64,000 bases of DNA from a virus (lineage: Duplodnaviria > Caudoviricetes), in the IMG/VR virus record IMGVR_UViG_3300021511_000006, positions 18,562-82,561 of that record. One strand, written 5' to 3'. This document shows, in pieces, positions 1 to 8,869 of this stretch. The notes under the pieces are model-generated. The model searched no databases. It was not told the origin of the DNA and saw nothing but the letters and a program-made list of their open reading frames with translations. The position numbers were made by a program, and so were the translations under genes. Within the stretch, counting starts at the first letter, position 1. Each line of letters opens with the position of its first letter.

Positions 1-1053
1 GCTGGAGCAGATGAAGAAGAAATTACAGTCTTTTCCGAAATATCATTAGCAACACAATCATGGAATGGAGCTGTAACAGAATTTGATGATGCTTCTGAAA
101 TTGAATATCGTATTAAGAAATCATACGGTTCAGTTGCTCAAGCATTTACATCAGCTGACCCTGTTCCATTAAGAAAAGGAAGTGATGGTGATCTATTACA
201 AGCTGATGGTTCTTTAGATCCTGCTGAAGCTGTACAACTTCTGAATCAAGCATATAATGGTATCATTGATGATAACGTGCTTGATACTGAAAATACTTAT
301 TTCTCAATGGTATGGGATTGTGGTTATCCATCTGATGTTAAATCTGCAATTAGTACATTATGTCAAACAAGACGTGACTGTGTTGGTATTCTTGATAATG
401 GGGATAACGCAAGTGTTAATCTTGCCCTTGCTACAAGAAATAATACCAATACATTTAATAATTACTTTGTTGCTCTTTACGAATCATATAATAAAGTGTA
501 TGATCCATTTACAGGACAAGATGTATGGTTCTCACCAATTTATCATATGTCATATATCCTACCAAGAAACGATACTGTAGCTGAACTTTGGTTCGCAGCA
601 GCTGGTTTCAATAGAGCAGCGATTGACACAATTAAAGAACTTCGTTATAATCCAAGACTTGGACAAAGAGATCAACTATATCTAAAACAGCTAAATCCAA
701 TTGTTAAATTTAATCCTGGATATGTTGTTTGGGGTCAGTTGACATCTCAAGCAAAAGCAAGTGCTTTACAGGACTTAAATATTGTTAGACTTGTTCTGTA
801 TATCAAGAGAGCATTTGAAGACTTCTGTCGTTTCTTCATCTTTGAACAAAATGATGAAATTACCTGGTCACTTGTAGCAGGTAATCTAGTTGACTTCCTT
901 GAAGTGATTAGAAAGAAACGTGGTCTGACAAACTTCTCAGTAGACGTAGGCGCAACAGAATACGAAAGACGTACAAAGAAATTCCACGTTAACGTAACTC
1001 TAGAACCTACAAGAACTGTAGAACAGATTGAACTGAACTTCTTTATTGTATAA
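1..1053 (+). CDS. Contractile tail sheath protein, C-terminal part (5'-truncated by the window edge)
   Basis: Frame is open from base 1 (AGADEEEITVF...). Sheath C-terminal motifs: WFAAAGFNRA, LNPIVKFNPGYVVWGQLT, LNIVRLVLYIKR, FIFEQND, LEPTRTVEQIELNF. Confidence 0.9.
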   Translation, partial: AGADEEEITVFSEISLATQSWNGAVTEFDDASEIEYRIKKSYGSVAQAFTSADPVPLRKGSDGDLLQADGSLDPAEAVQLLNQAYNGIIDDNVLDTENTYFSMVWDCGYPSDVKSAISTLCQTRRDCVGILDNGDNASVNLALATRNNTNTFNNYFVALYESYNKVYDPFTGQDVWFSPIYHMSYILPRNDTVAELWFAAAGFNRAAIDTIKELRYNPRLGQRDQLYLKQLNPIVKFNPGYVVWGQLTSQAKASALQDLNIVRLVLYIKRAFEDFCRFFIFEQNDEITWSLVAGNLVDFLEVIRKKRGLTNFSVDVGATEYERRTKKFHVNVTLEPTRTVEQIELNFFIV

Positions 1054-1060
1054 TCTAACC

Positions 1061-1105
1061 AAAAAAAATGAGTCGCTCAAGAGTAAATCCTGAGTGACTC
1101 ATTTT
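1061..1105. terminator. Bidirectional intrinsic terminator between convergent genes
   Basis: Arms AAAATGAGTCGCTCAAGA and TCCTGAGTGACTCATTTT form a long stem flanked by A and T runs, between the sheath stop and the creA-like stop. Confidence 0.75.
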
Positions 1106-1111
1106 CCGTCG

Positions 1112-1615
1112 TTATTGAGATAACGGATTTCCTAACGAAACAGCTGATAATGAATGTTTTAATGAACCATCTAACATCTTTGTAGTATATACCAAATATA
1201 CTAGAGTATTCATTTCTTTATCATAAAATCTAGCAATTTTCATTACCTTCGATCCGATAGATTTTTGTATATGAGCAATATCTTTATTAGTGGTTTTATT
1301 AATAAGAAGTTTTCCGTTTTTATCAACAGGAATTTTACCGGTTAATTCAACGTCAATTGACGTGTTACTTGGATCTGCCCATGCAAGCATTTTACCACTT
1401 TTAATTGTAGTAAAATATATTGATATAAATGGATTTTCTGGGTCTTGAACTCGAATGACTTTAATTTTATCATTACCTTGAATCATTCTTTTGATGCAGT
1501 CAGCCTCACCTATTTGAACAGCAGGTGGACCCGCATATGAGATTCCTGCTATTATAGATAATAGTAAAATTATAAATAAAAATATAATACAATTAATCAT
1601 GCATCTTTTGGACAT
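1112..1615 (-). CDS. creA: CreA-family exported protein
   Basis: Signal peptide, then IGEAD..DKIKV..VQDPE..., KIARFYDKEMNTLVYLVYTTKMLDGSLKHSLSAV. This closely parallels E. coli CreA ([33 protein letters not shown]). Confidence 0.8.
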   Translation of the reverse strand: MSKRCMINCIIFLFIILLLSIIAGISYAGPPAVQIGEADCIKRMIQGNDKIKVIRVQDPENPFISIYFTTIKSGKMLAWADPSNTSIDVELTGKIPVDKNGKLLINKTTNKDIAHIQKSIGSKVMKIARFYDKEMNTLVYLVYTTKMLDGSLKHSLSAVSLGNPLSQ

Positions 1616-1627
1616 AAAACTTTTCCC

Positions 1628-2152
1628 CTAATCGAACTTGTAGTTTGTGTTGTTAATTTCATTTTGATATTTTTTCAATTCAGTTAATGAATCCCATGCT
1701 TCATCAATAATAGTTTGATCCAATAAAGGAACAATATTGATAATAAGGAAACTTATCCTCTCAATATCTTGCCCTCGAATATATGTACGATGGTCCTTTT
1801 TCCACCTTTCTGCAAATTGTTTATATTGTTCTTGACTTCTTCTCAATGGATTATCAATTCCTTTAAGGACTAGTTTTAGTTCTGTCATCAATTGTAAGAA
1901 AAAGAAGCATGATCTAGGATGTAATAATGCATTATTTAAAGTGCTGAAAACTGGAGAATTCGCAACTGCATCTGATATAATTTTAACTTGACTTAAGTTA
2001 ACATCTTTAATTTTAAACATACCAACTTGTTCCCTCATTGTTAAATGACTTTTGAAGTCAAAATCGGGTGGGACGGCAACGAACTCTGCCATAACATAAT
2101 TTTTAACGTGTGTATTTAATTCCCTATGATCATTAGATTTGTCAAGATTCAT
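1628..2152 (-). CDS. Hypothetical protein (~174 aa)
   Basis: Start re-assigned to the ATG at 2152 (MNLDKSND) behind a GGAG SD. The longer ORF-track start overlaps the neighbouring gene. Confidence 0.6.
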   Translation of the reverse strand: MNLDKSNDHRELNTHVKNYVMAEFVAVPPDFDFKSHLTMREQVGMFKIKDVNLSQVKIISDAVANSPVFSTLNNALLHPRSCFFFLQLMTELKLVLKGIDNPLRRSQEQYKQFAERWKKDHRTYIRGQDIERISFLIINIVPLLDQTIIDEAWDSLTELKKYQNEINNTNYKFD

Positions 2153-2168
2153 ATTATCTTCTCCTGTA

Positions 2169-2675
2169 TTAGTGATGGCTAATTCTGATGTACGGTAACC
2201 CACCCCAGTCGTTGCCATGTTCAAGTTCAGAATAGATGCCACCATCTTCATCACTGTAAGTAAAATAGTAGACATATCCATTATCCTTCCATGATTCAAT
2301 AAATTTCTTAGCTTTTTCTCTTGCTTGTTCGGTTTGCCTAATTTCTCCTTCTTCGTTGCATAATTCTTGCCATACTCGATTATCCCAAAGATCATCTTGT
2401 GATATTCCTTCCCTTTTACAGAATTCTTTTTCATAATCCCAAGCACCTACAATATCATCAGTATAACCACTTATGATTTCTTCAACCATTTTAGATATGC
2501 ATCTTTGACTAAGTTTTTGAGGAGTTTGATCTACTGCATCTCTAAAAATAATATCGACAAAATCAGATCTAAATATATATGGATTTAAATCTTGAATTTT
2601 GGTAATTTTACACGGCCAAATAACGATGAATGATGAAGAGCTAGAGTTAGTTACAAAGTCAGATTTTATTTTCAT
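2169..2675 (-). CDS. TNSS-motif family protein, copy 1
   Basis: N-terminus MKIKSDFVTNSSSSSFIVI, shared with five other ORFs in the window. Confidence 0.8.
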   Translation of the reverse strand: MKIKSDFVTNSSSSSFIVIWPCKITKIQDLNPYIFRSDFVDIIFRDAVDQTPQKLSQRCISKMVEEIISGYTDDIVGAWDYEKEFCKREGISQDDLWDNRVWQELCNEEGEIRQTEQAREKAKKFIESWKDNGYVYYFTYSDEDGGIYSELEHGNDWGGLPYIRISHH

Positions 2676-3045
2676 CTTTTTTTATTTCCTTATTCTTTTC
2701 TGATTTAAGATAACGATCCATTCCTATCCCTGCACAAACTAGTATGACGGCCCAACATACAGCCGACCCCCACCATGCAAATGCTACACATACTAGAAGA
2801 TTAAGAAAGTATATGGAATAATAAATCACTGATGGGTCGACTTGACATTTTACAAACAGACTAAATATAAACATAAGTGTAAGTATAGTTAATGCACACA
2901 TATAAATTATTGCAGCCCATCGTTGTCCATTATATCCAACTCCTGCAAGAATAAGAATAATCCCGAGTAGAGAAATTTCAATGCCATTTTGCAGAGTAAA
3001 GTGTTTTATTTCTTCGCTTATAGAATACTGTGTTCCTTTCTTCAT
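2659..3045 (-). CDS. Small multi-pass membrane protein
   Basis: About four hydrophobic segments. Likely start MKKGTQ at 3045 behind an AAGGGG SD. Confidence 0.6.
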   Translation of the reverse strand: MKKGTQYSISEEIKHFTLQNGIEISLLGIILILAGVGYNGQRWAAIIYMCALTILTLMFIFSLFVKCQVDPSVIYYSIYFLNLLVCVAFAWWGSAVCWAVILVCAGIGMDRYLKSEKNKEIKKDENKI

Positions 3046-3056
3046 TATATTCCCCT

Positions 3057-4061
3057 TTATAATCCCAATGGGCAACAGTTTGGCTTGCCTTGTAATATTT
3101 TTCTAAATGATTTGAACTTCATTGAGCGATTCCAGATGTAGTCAATGTCCTTATCATCTTTTATTGGAACGGCCCATATAGTGGCGTCTGCAAAGCTACA
3201 AGGCATCATTTTCATGTCGTGAGTAATATATGCTGACATTCTTGCACCTTCACATGTATCAATTGATATTTTTTGAAGTTTATCTGGTTCAACATAATTT
3301 AAAACATGATTGACTAAACAACTATCCATCCCAATTTTGAATTTAGATTTTGGATTGAATACGAGTTTTGCAAAAGTTGAAAATTGATACGTAGATGGTT
3401 TCCATTTAAGATTAGCTCCTGCCCCAGCTGGTTTGAATAATAAAAATATTACGGCATTTAATCTATTAATGTCTACCAGATCCCTTTTGTGTTTTTGTTT
3501 CCAAGGATTATGCCCGTATAAAATTTTAAGAGATTTGAAATATGAATCCTTAGTAAACATTAAATGAATATTAGTTTTTACTCCAGCATCTATCAATTTT
3601 GTTAGAGCTTCATATGTATAATCTCTTTCGTAATCCGAAACTGCAACCGCTCCACACATTTTGGATATTTCAACTTGTTTATCTGTTAAGTCAATGCCAC
3701 TGGTTGTGTAATTTGGGACGACTCCGTTCTTACGAGCATATGAAACTATTTCTTCAAAGTTCTCATGTTGATTTGGATCACCTCTGCCTCCCAAAGCAAC
3801 CTGATTTGTATGATGTTTAACTTGATCTATAATTGATTTGAAATCCTCAAGCTTCATGTTGGGATTATTTGTATGTCCTTGATAACAGAATTCACATTTA
3901 TGCTTACAATGCCCCATAACTCCAACATCTATTAACGAGGGAAGATATAAAGAGAATGGATCTTCTTTACCCTTAGTCCCTCGTAACATTTCAATGCCAT
4001 TTGTTGTATCAAAAAAAAGTTCATAATCAGAATTTGCGAAAAATTTATTGAATTTTATCAT
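3057..4061 (-). CDS. Radical SAM protein with SPASM/twitch-like C-terminus
   Basis: CKHKCEFC (CxxxCxxC), LGGRGDP, C-terminal CEGARMSAYI...MMPCSF...CCP. Confidence 0.85.
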   Translation of the reverse strand: MIKFNKFFANSDYELFFDTTNGIEMLRGTKGKEDPFSLYLPSLIDVGVMGHCKHKCEFCYQGHTNNPNMKLEDFKSIIDQVKHHTNQVALGGRGDPNQHENFEEIVSYARKNGVVPNYTTSGIDLTDKQVEISKMCGAVAVSDYERDYTYEALTKLIDAGVKTNIHLMFTKDSYFKSLKILYGHNPWKQKHKRDLVDINRLNAVIFLLFKPAGAGANLKWKPSTYQFSTFAKLVFNPKSKFKIGMDSCLVNHVLNYVEPDKLQKISIDTCEGARMSAYITHDMKMMPCSFADATIWAVPIKDDKDIDYIWNRSMKFKSFRKILQGKPNCCPLGL

Positions 4062-4456
4062 AATTTTTTAAACCTCACTTTCTCTTTGACAGTACCTTTC
4101 TCCATAGGTTTTGTGTCCATTTCCACTTTTTCTTTTTCGATTCGTCTCTCAACAACTTCTTTTTCTGACGTTTGCTTATCTTGTGCCTTGTCAATTTGTT
4201 CACCTTCTTTCTTTATATTTAGTTCTTCTCTGACTTTATTTTTTACTCCCTTAAATGCTTCTTTAGCTGAAGTGACAACGTCCTGAAGATTATCTTTGAT
4301 TTCTTTTTTTGATTCGTCCACAACTTCTTCCTGTGTTTCAACTACAATCTCTTTTACATCTGTTTTATCATCATCACAGAAAAGTATGTTAAAAATAAAA
4401 GCACATACAATAATTGTCCCTATACCTATGCCACCACTACTACTACTATTAGACAT
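4058..4456 (-). CDS. Membrane-anchored protein with highly charged C-terminal tail
   Basis: Start MSNSSSSGG at 4456 behind AAAGGAGG. One N-terminal TM segment, then an E/K-rich region. Confidence 0.65.
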   Translation of the reverse strand: MSNSSSSGGIGIGTIIVCAFIFNILFCDDDKTDVKEIVVETQEEVVDESKKEIKDNLQDVVTSAKEAFKGVKNKVREELNIKKEGEQIDKAQDKQTSEKEVVERRIEKEKVEMDTKPMEKGTVKEKVRFKKL

Positions 4457-4502
4457 TTTACAATCCCCTCCTTTATAAAAATTAAAGTTAAATAGTTTAT
4501 TC

Positions 4503-4523
4503 TTCATTTATTAATATATATAG
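4503..4523 (-). promoter_or_regulatory. Candidate phage promoter motif A (CTATATATATTAATwAATGAA)
   Basis: 20/21 identical to 21522-21542 on the + strand. Lies at the head of the leftward 4456-1112 gene run. Confidence 0.5.
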
Positions 4524-4558
4524 ATAATGGTATAAATCATGAACAATGTCTTAGCGAG

Positions 4559-4577
4559 TTTAGAACAAAATATAAAA
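4559..4577 (+). promoter_or_regulatory. Candidate late promoter motif B (TTTRGAACAAAAWAWAAAA)
   Basis: TTTAGAACAAAATATAAAA at the head of the + strand structural operon. Similar motifs precede terL and the hub-like gene. Confidence 0.5.
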
Positions 4578-4595
4578 TTGACCTCTGGTAATATA

Positions 4596-5123
4596 ATGAA
4601 CTATATAGATAAAATTTTAGAAGAAGTTGAAGATAATGAATCTGTTGGTACGTTTGCAATCGACTCATTTCCCAAAAGTCAAAAAAAGAAGAAAAGGCAA
4701 ATTATAAGAACTATTTATCCTGAGAGTAAAGATGAACAGATTCCTAAAAGAGCGATGGTTGATCTTGACGGAACAATTCATAGATATTCTAAAGGATATA
4801 AAGATGGAACAATTTATGATAACGCATTTGATAATGCAAAAGAAGTCATTAATTGGTTAAAACGAAATGGTTATGAAATAGTTATATTTACTACAAGAGC
4901 ATCAAAACAAAATGCTGATGAGCTTGGGGGTGATCATAAAGATCAAATAAAGAAAGTTGGTAAGTGGTTAAAAGATAAAGGTATTTATTTTGATCGGATT
5001 ACAGCTGAGAAACTTGCAGCAGATTTTTATATTGATGATAAAGCTATTAGTATTTATAATGGTGATTGGAAAACTGTTTTAAAAGTTATAAAGAAGCGTA
5101 TTAAGTATAGGGATATTAAATGA
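4596..5123 (+). CDS. HAD-superfamily phosphatase-like protein
   Basis: Motif I VDLDGTI, IVIFTTR, C-terminal YIDDKA. Likely start MNYIDK at 4596. Confidence 0.7.
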   Translation: MNYIDKILEEVEDNESVGTFAIDSFPKSQKKKKRQIIRTIYPESKDEQIPKRAMVDLDGTIHRYSKGYKDGTIYDNAFDNAKEVINWLKRNGYEIVIFTTRASKQNADELGGDHKDQIKKVGKWLKDKGIYFDRITAEKLAADFYIDDKAISIYNGDWKTVLKVIKKRIKYRDIK

Positions 5124-5890
5124 AATGTGAATATGGTTGTGGTCAAGAAGCAAACCATCAACTAAAAAATAATAAATGGTGTTGTGAACGTACCACAAAA
5201 AAATGTCCAGAAATAATAAGAAAAAGTTCAGAAGGGAGACGGGGAAGTAAAAGAACTAGAGAACAAATAATAAATATTTCAAAAGGTCATATTGGTCAGC
5301 TTTCAGAAAAGAAAGGATTATCTTATAAAGAATTATATGGAAATAAGGCAAATATAATTAAAAGAAAAATGCGAAACGCTAAATTACTAGTTAAGGATAT
5401 TAATAAAATAAAACAAAGATTTCCTTTTCTTTATTTAGTTGAACGTTTTAAAGTAGATAAATCTGACAATGTTTATGTAAAATGTAAGAATTCTGCTTGT
5501 GAAAGATGGTTCATTCCAACATATTCACAAATTTATGAAAGACATAGAGCATTAAATACACCTGCTGGTTTTGAAGAAAATAATTTTTATTGCTCTATAC
5601 AATGTAAAAATAATTGTATTTTATATGGATCATCTGCTAGCTTTTTAATAACAAATTCTGAACTTCAAATACTCAGTAAATTTGTTCTTGAAAGAGAAAA
5701 TTATATTTGCGAATACTGTGGGGAAAAAGCAATAGAAGTTCATCACATAAAACCTAAAAAATTAGAACCATTTTTTGCGCTTGACCCTGATTATGTTATT
5801 GCGGTGTGTAAAAAATGTCATTATAAATATGGACATAAAAACGGAACAAAATGCTCAACTGGTAATTTATCTGCAGCAATTTGTTCTTAA
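5120..5890 (+). CDS. Free-standing HNH homing endonuclease
   Basis: CEYCG..VHHIKP..VCKKCH HNH/Zn domain. Paralog of 49694-50704. Confidence 0.85.
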   Translation: MKCEYGCGQEANHQLKNNKWCCERTTKKCPEIIRKSSEGRRGSKRTREQIINISKGHIGQLSEKKGLSYKELYGNKANIIKRKMRNAKLLVKDINKIKQRFPFLYLVERFKVDKSDNVYVKCKNSACERWFIPTYSQIYERHRALNTPAGFEENNFYCSIQCKNNCILYGSSASFLITNSELQILSKFVLERENYICEYCGEKAIEVHHIKPKKLEPFFALDPDYVIAVCKKCHYKYGHKNGTKCSTGNLSAAICS

Positions 5891-5904
5891 TAGGAGATAA
5901 AACA

Positions 5905-6630
5905 ATGGGTATGAAATATTCATTTGCCGAACTTGGACAAAATATTTTAACAAGAAAGTTTGGTGGAACTACAGTTGGGGTTGCAGATCCTTACACTACA
6001 GGTTATCATTTTATATGGTTTGATAAGTTACCGCCTGCCTTAACTGCTTATGTTTCGGAAGGTATTAGTGGTATAACAAATCTCGGAGAAATACAGACAG
6101 TGCTTGCAGCATCTTGTCTATCGGTAACACCTCCAGGTGGAACTCTAAATAAAATTGAGTACACTGGGCTTGGTGGTGTCAAATGGGCTGTGCCGGGAAA
6201 TATCGACTATGGAAATACTGTATCTGTAAAATTCTTAGAATTTAACAAGACCCCAATTCTTGATATTATGCATTCTTGGGTTAAAATGATAAGAGATTAT
6301 AGAACTGGTATTACTGAATTAGTGGATGGATCGGAAGGTGAAGGATATACAAAGAAAACTTATGCTGGTCTTATGTATTACTGGACTACAGCACCTGATG
6401 CTAGAACAGTAGAATATTATGCAGCATATGATGGTGTATTTCCAGGAAAAGATCCACAAGATTTATTTACAAGCGATGTTGAAACAGTTGGTAGATTAGA
6501 TCTTGAGATCGAATTCAATGTAGATTACGCATGGCATGAACCTTGGGTACTAGCTAAGTGTAATACTTTTGCTGAAACATTTGCTAAAGTCGGAGATACT
6601 GTTAAAGGATATGGTGCAAGACAAGCATAA
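5905..6630 (+). CDS. Tail tube protein (T4 gp19-like)
   Basis: ATG at 5905 behind AGGAG. Tube-like signature (TPPGGTLNKIEY..GGVKWAVPGNIDY..VSVKFLE..W..YDGVFP..IEFNVDY) and tail-module context. Confidence 0.7.
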   Translation: MGMKYSFAELGQNILTRKFGGTTVGVADPYTTGYHFIWFDKLPPALTAYVSEGISGITNLGEIQTVLAASCLSVTPPGGTLNKIEYTGLGGVKWAVPGNIDYGNTVSVKFLEFNKTPILDIMHSWVKMIRDYRTGITELVDGSEGEGYTKKTYAGLMYYWTTAPDARTVEYYAAYDGVFPGKDPQDLFTSDVETVGRLDLEIEFNVDYAWHEPWVLAKCNTFAETFAKVGDTVKGYGARQA

Positions 6631-6643
6631 TTGAGGTAAACTA

Positions 6644-7111
6644 ATGTTACAAAAATCTTATCTTAAAGTCGTTGCTGCGTATATTGTTGATGAATCCACC
6701 CTTTCAAAATACGCTAAAATTCAGATGCTTCGTTTTATTGAGAATGATGCATCTGAAGCTCAGTTAAAAGTATTCATTACTGAAGGTAAAATACGAAGTG
6801 AAAGCGAGAACATATCAGAAATTGCTCCTATTGCTGCTGCATTAGTAATTGGTGCTGGTCTTGCAGTTGGAAAGGCGGTATATAATAAATTTTATAGTGA
6901 TGTTGCTAAGGCATGTGCTGGAAGAAAGCAGGATGATAAAAGAAGATGCATACGAGATTTTAAACTAAAAGCAAGTTATGCTAAATTAACAGCGTTAAAG
7001 AGAGAAATGGGAAAATGTAATCAGACAAATAACGTAAAAAAATGTAGAAATACTTTTATTAAGCATATGAAAAAAGTGGAAAAACAGATTCAAAAAGATA
7101 GGGTTATCTAG
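6644..7111 (+). CDS. Putative virion protein: shared N-terminal domain, hydrophobic segment and Cys-rich module
   Basis: N-terminus resembles 7126-7401. The KC-x8-C module resembles the repeats in 8870-10063. Confidence 0.55.
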   Translation: MLQKSYLKVVAAYIVDESTLSKYAKIQMLRFIENDASEAQLKVFITEGKIRSESENISEIAPIAAALVIGAGLAVGKAVYNKFYSDVAKACAGRKQDDKRRCIRDFKLKASYAKLTALKREMGKCNQTNNVKKCRNTFIKHMKKVEKQIQKDRVI

Positions 7112-7125
7112 GAGGTAGTTAAAAG

Positions 7126-7401
7126 ATGGATATTAATAAAATGAAGTTAGGTCTTATGTATATTTTTTCAGAGAATGAAAAGGTATCGAAGCCAGCTAAA
7201 CTTCAACTTATAAATTTTATTGAGCAAGCTGATGAGTATCAGTTGAAAGTTTTAATAATGGATGGTGAGCTTGTGTCTAAAGATAAATTAGATGAACAAT
7301 CAATGGGTATTATTAATGATAGATTTGATGATACTCTATTAAATAATATTTATGATGCAGCTTTAAAAGGTATTACAGCTGCTATAGCTTTAAAGAAATA
7401 A
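7126..7401 (+). CDS. Hypothetical protein, paralog of the 6644-7111 N-terminal domain
   Basis: SKPAKLQLINFIEQADEYQLKVLIMDG vs SKYAKIQMLRFIENDASEAQLKVFITEG. Confidence 0.6.
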   Translation: MDINKMKLGLMYIFSENEKVSKPAKLQLINFIEQADEYQLKVLIMDGELVSKDKLDEQSMGIINDRFDDTLLNNIYDAALKGITAAIALKK

Positions 7402-7442
7402 AAGAATAATAATTTTGAAACGAAAGAAAGGAGATATGGAAA

Positions 7443-8234
7443 ATGACATTCAAAGGATTTGCAGTAGAACTCCCGGTGTATGAAGTAATTACACCACAAA
7501 CCAAACAATCATTTACTTTAAAAACTCTTAATGTACAAGAGGAAGAAAAGTTAAAAGGAAGTTTAGTTACTCCAGCAAAAATTGCGGAGCATTTAAATAA
7601 GTGTATTTTTGACTCTTTGGTATCTAAACCAGAGGGTATTACAGACCTTGATTCTTTTCTTCGTAATGTAACATTGAAAGATAGAGATGCTCTTTTGTAT
7701 GGTCTTTATCACATTACATATGAGGAAATAAGAAACTATCAGGTAAAATGTACAGCTTGTGCTCACGAGTATGCTATAACTATACAAGCATCAAGTACAT
7801 TCAATTTCAATTCATATCCGAATAAAGATATTTTAAAAGATAAAGAAAAAATTGAACTCCCTGTTTCAAAAGGTGTTTTTGTAACAGTTAAACAACCAAC
7901 TCTATTTGATGAAATATCAGGCATAACTCAATTAGGGAATAGACCAGGAAGTACAATTGAACTAATAACAGAAACTCTTATCATTGATAGATTTGAGCAA
8001 GACGTTGAGGATAAAAAAGCTCCTATTATTTATTCTGAGAGAATTGATGTTATTGATGCTTATCTTTCATTACCTGCTCGAGACAAACGTGCTATATATC
8101 GTGCATATGAAAAGGCGTTTGGAAATTATGGTATTGAGTTAAAGATGCAAAGTAATTGTACTAGTTGTGGTAATCAAGATGAGTATGATATTGATTTAGT
8201 GGAAAGCTTTTTTCGCGCATTGTTCTCAGCATGA
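7443..8234 (+). CDS. Baseplate hub assembly / tail chaperone protein (T4 gp26-like)
   Basis: LPVYEVITP..FTLKTLNVQEE, DRDALLYGL, two CxxC motifs (CTAC, CTSC), ending ESFFR. Located in the tail module. Confidence 0.65.
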   Translation: MTFKGFAVELPVYEVITPQTKQSFTLKTLNVQEEEKLKGSLVTPAKIAEHLNKCIFDSLVSKPEGITDLDSFLRNVTLKDRDALLYGLYHITYEEIRNYQVKCTACAHEYAITIQASSTFNFNSYPNKDILKDKEKIELPVSKGVFVTVKQPTLFDEISGITQLGNRPGSTIELITETLIIDRFEQDVEDKKAPIIYSERIDVIDAYLSLPARDKRAIYRAYEKAFGNYGIELKMQSNCTSCGNQDEYDIDLVESFFRALFSA

Positions 8235-8421
8235 TCAGATTTCAGATTTTAGAGATAATCTTACTGAGAACATTTTTGCATGTATGGAGATGAGTAAACA
8301 ATCATATGTAGATGTTATACTTATGCCAGTTAAAAGATTTCAAGATTACCTTAAATGGAAATCACAACTAGAGGAACAAAAGCAAAAGAGATTTGAAGAG
8401 GAAAGTAAAAAATATGGCTAA
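8212..8421 (+). CDS. gp51-like ORF in the +1 frame, candidate frameshift extension of the gp26-like gene
   Basis: Frame open 8200-8421: HDQISDFRDNLTENIFACMEMSKQSYVDVILMPVKRFQDYLKWKSQLEEQKQKRFEEESKKYG. No well-placed SD/ATG. Stop overlaps the gp25 ATG. Not in the ORF track. Confidence 0.55.
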   Translation, partial: FAHCSQHDQISDFRDNLTENIFACMEMSKQSYVDVILMPVKRFQDYLKWKSQLEEQKQKRFEEESKKYG

Positions 8422-8857
8422 TATATTAGATAGATTTAATGAAGCAGTTGCTGGTTCAAATTCTAAATTAGCTGATTATACTTCAAAAGTTAGTGTTAGA
8501 GGAGACTTCAAAAGGATTTCAAGTATAGAAGTTCTTATTAGTTCTTGGAATAATATATTAATGACTCCAAGAAGAACTTACCAGTTTGATCCTGAGTATG
8601 GAAGTAATCTATATAAAATGGTTTTTGAACCTGCTGATCAAGTAACTGTTAATAAAGTTGTGGAAGAAGTTACATCTACTTTATTAAAATATGATGATCG
8701 AGCAGATATTGAAAATGTGAATGTTACGTTTTTTAAAAATCTAAAAGGTTTTTCTGTTGCTATAGATGTTAATTATCAAGGAGAAACTGGTCAATTAGAA
8801 ATTATTATTGATGAATCTACATACTTTAAATTCTTCGAAGCATCGGATTCACAATAA
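8414..8857 (+). CDS. Baseplate wedge subunit, gp25/GPW-like
   Basis: NILMTPRRTYQFDPEYGSNLYKMVFEP..YDDRA.I..VNV gp25 signature. Start MANIL at 8414. Confidence 0.85.
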   Translation: MANILDRFNEAVAGSNSKLADYTSKVSVRGDFKRISSIEVLISSWNNILMTPRRTYQFDPEYGSNLYKMVFEPADQVTVNKVVEEVTSTLLKYDDRADIENVNVTFFKNLKGFSVAIDVNYQGETGQLEIIIDESTYFKFFEASDSQ

Positions 8858-8869
8858 GGGGTTATATAA

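Noticed and set aside
2153-2446. N-terminal extension of ORF 1628-2446
   Set aside because: Overlaps the TNSS gene in another frame. A clear GGAG SD precedes ATG 2152.
4430-4456. MSNSSSS at the start of ORF 4058-4456 as a seventh TNSS-family member
   Set aside because: Lacks MKIKxDF(V/I)T and the downstream F-hydrophobic strand. More likely a Ser/Gly linker before a TM segment.
8208-8293. Canonical -1 frameshift or separate ATG at 8231 after the gp26-like gene
   Set aside because: That frame closes after about 20 codons (MIRFQILEIILLRTFLHVWR). Only the +1/-2 frame is long.
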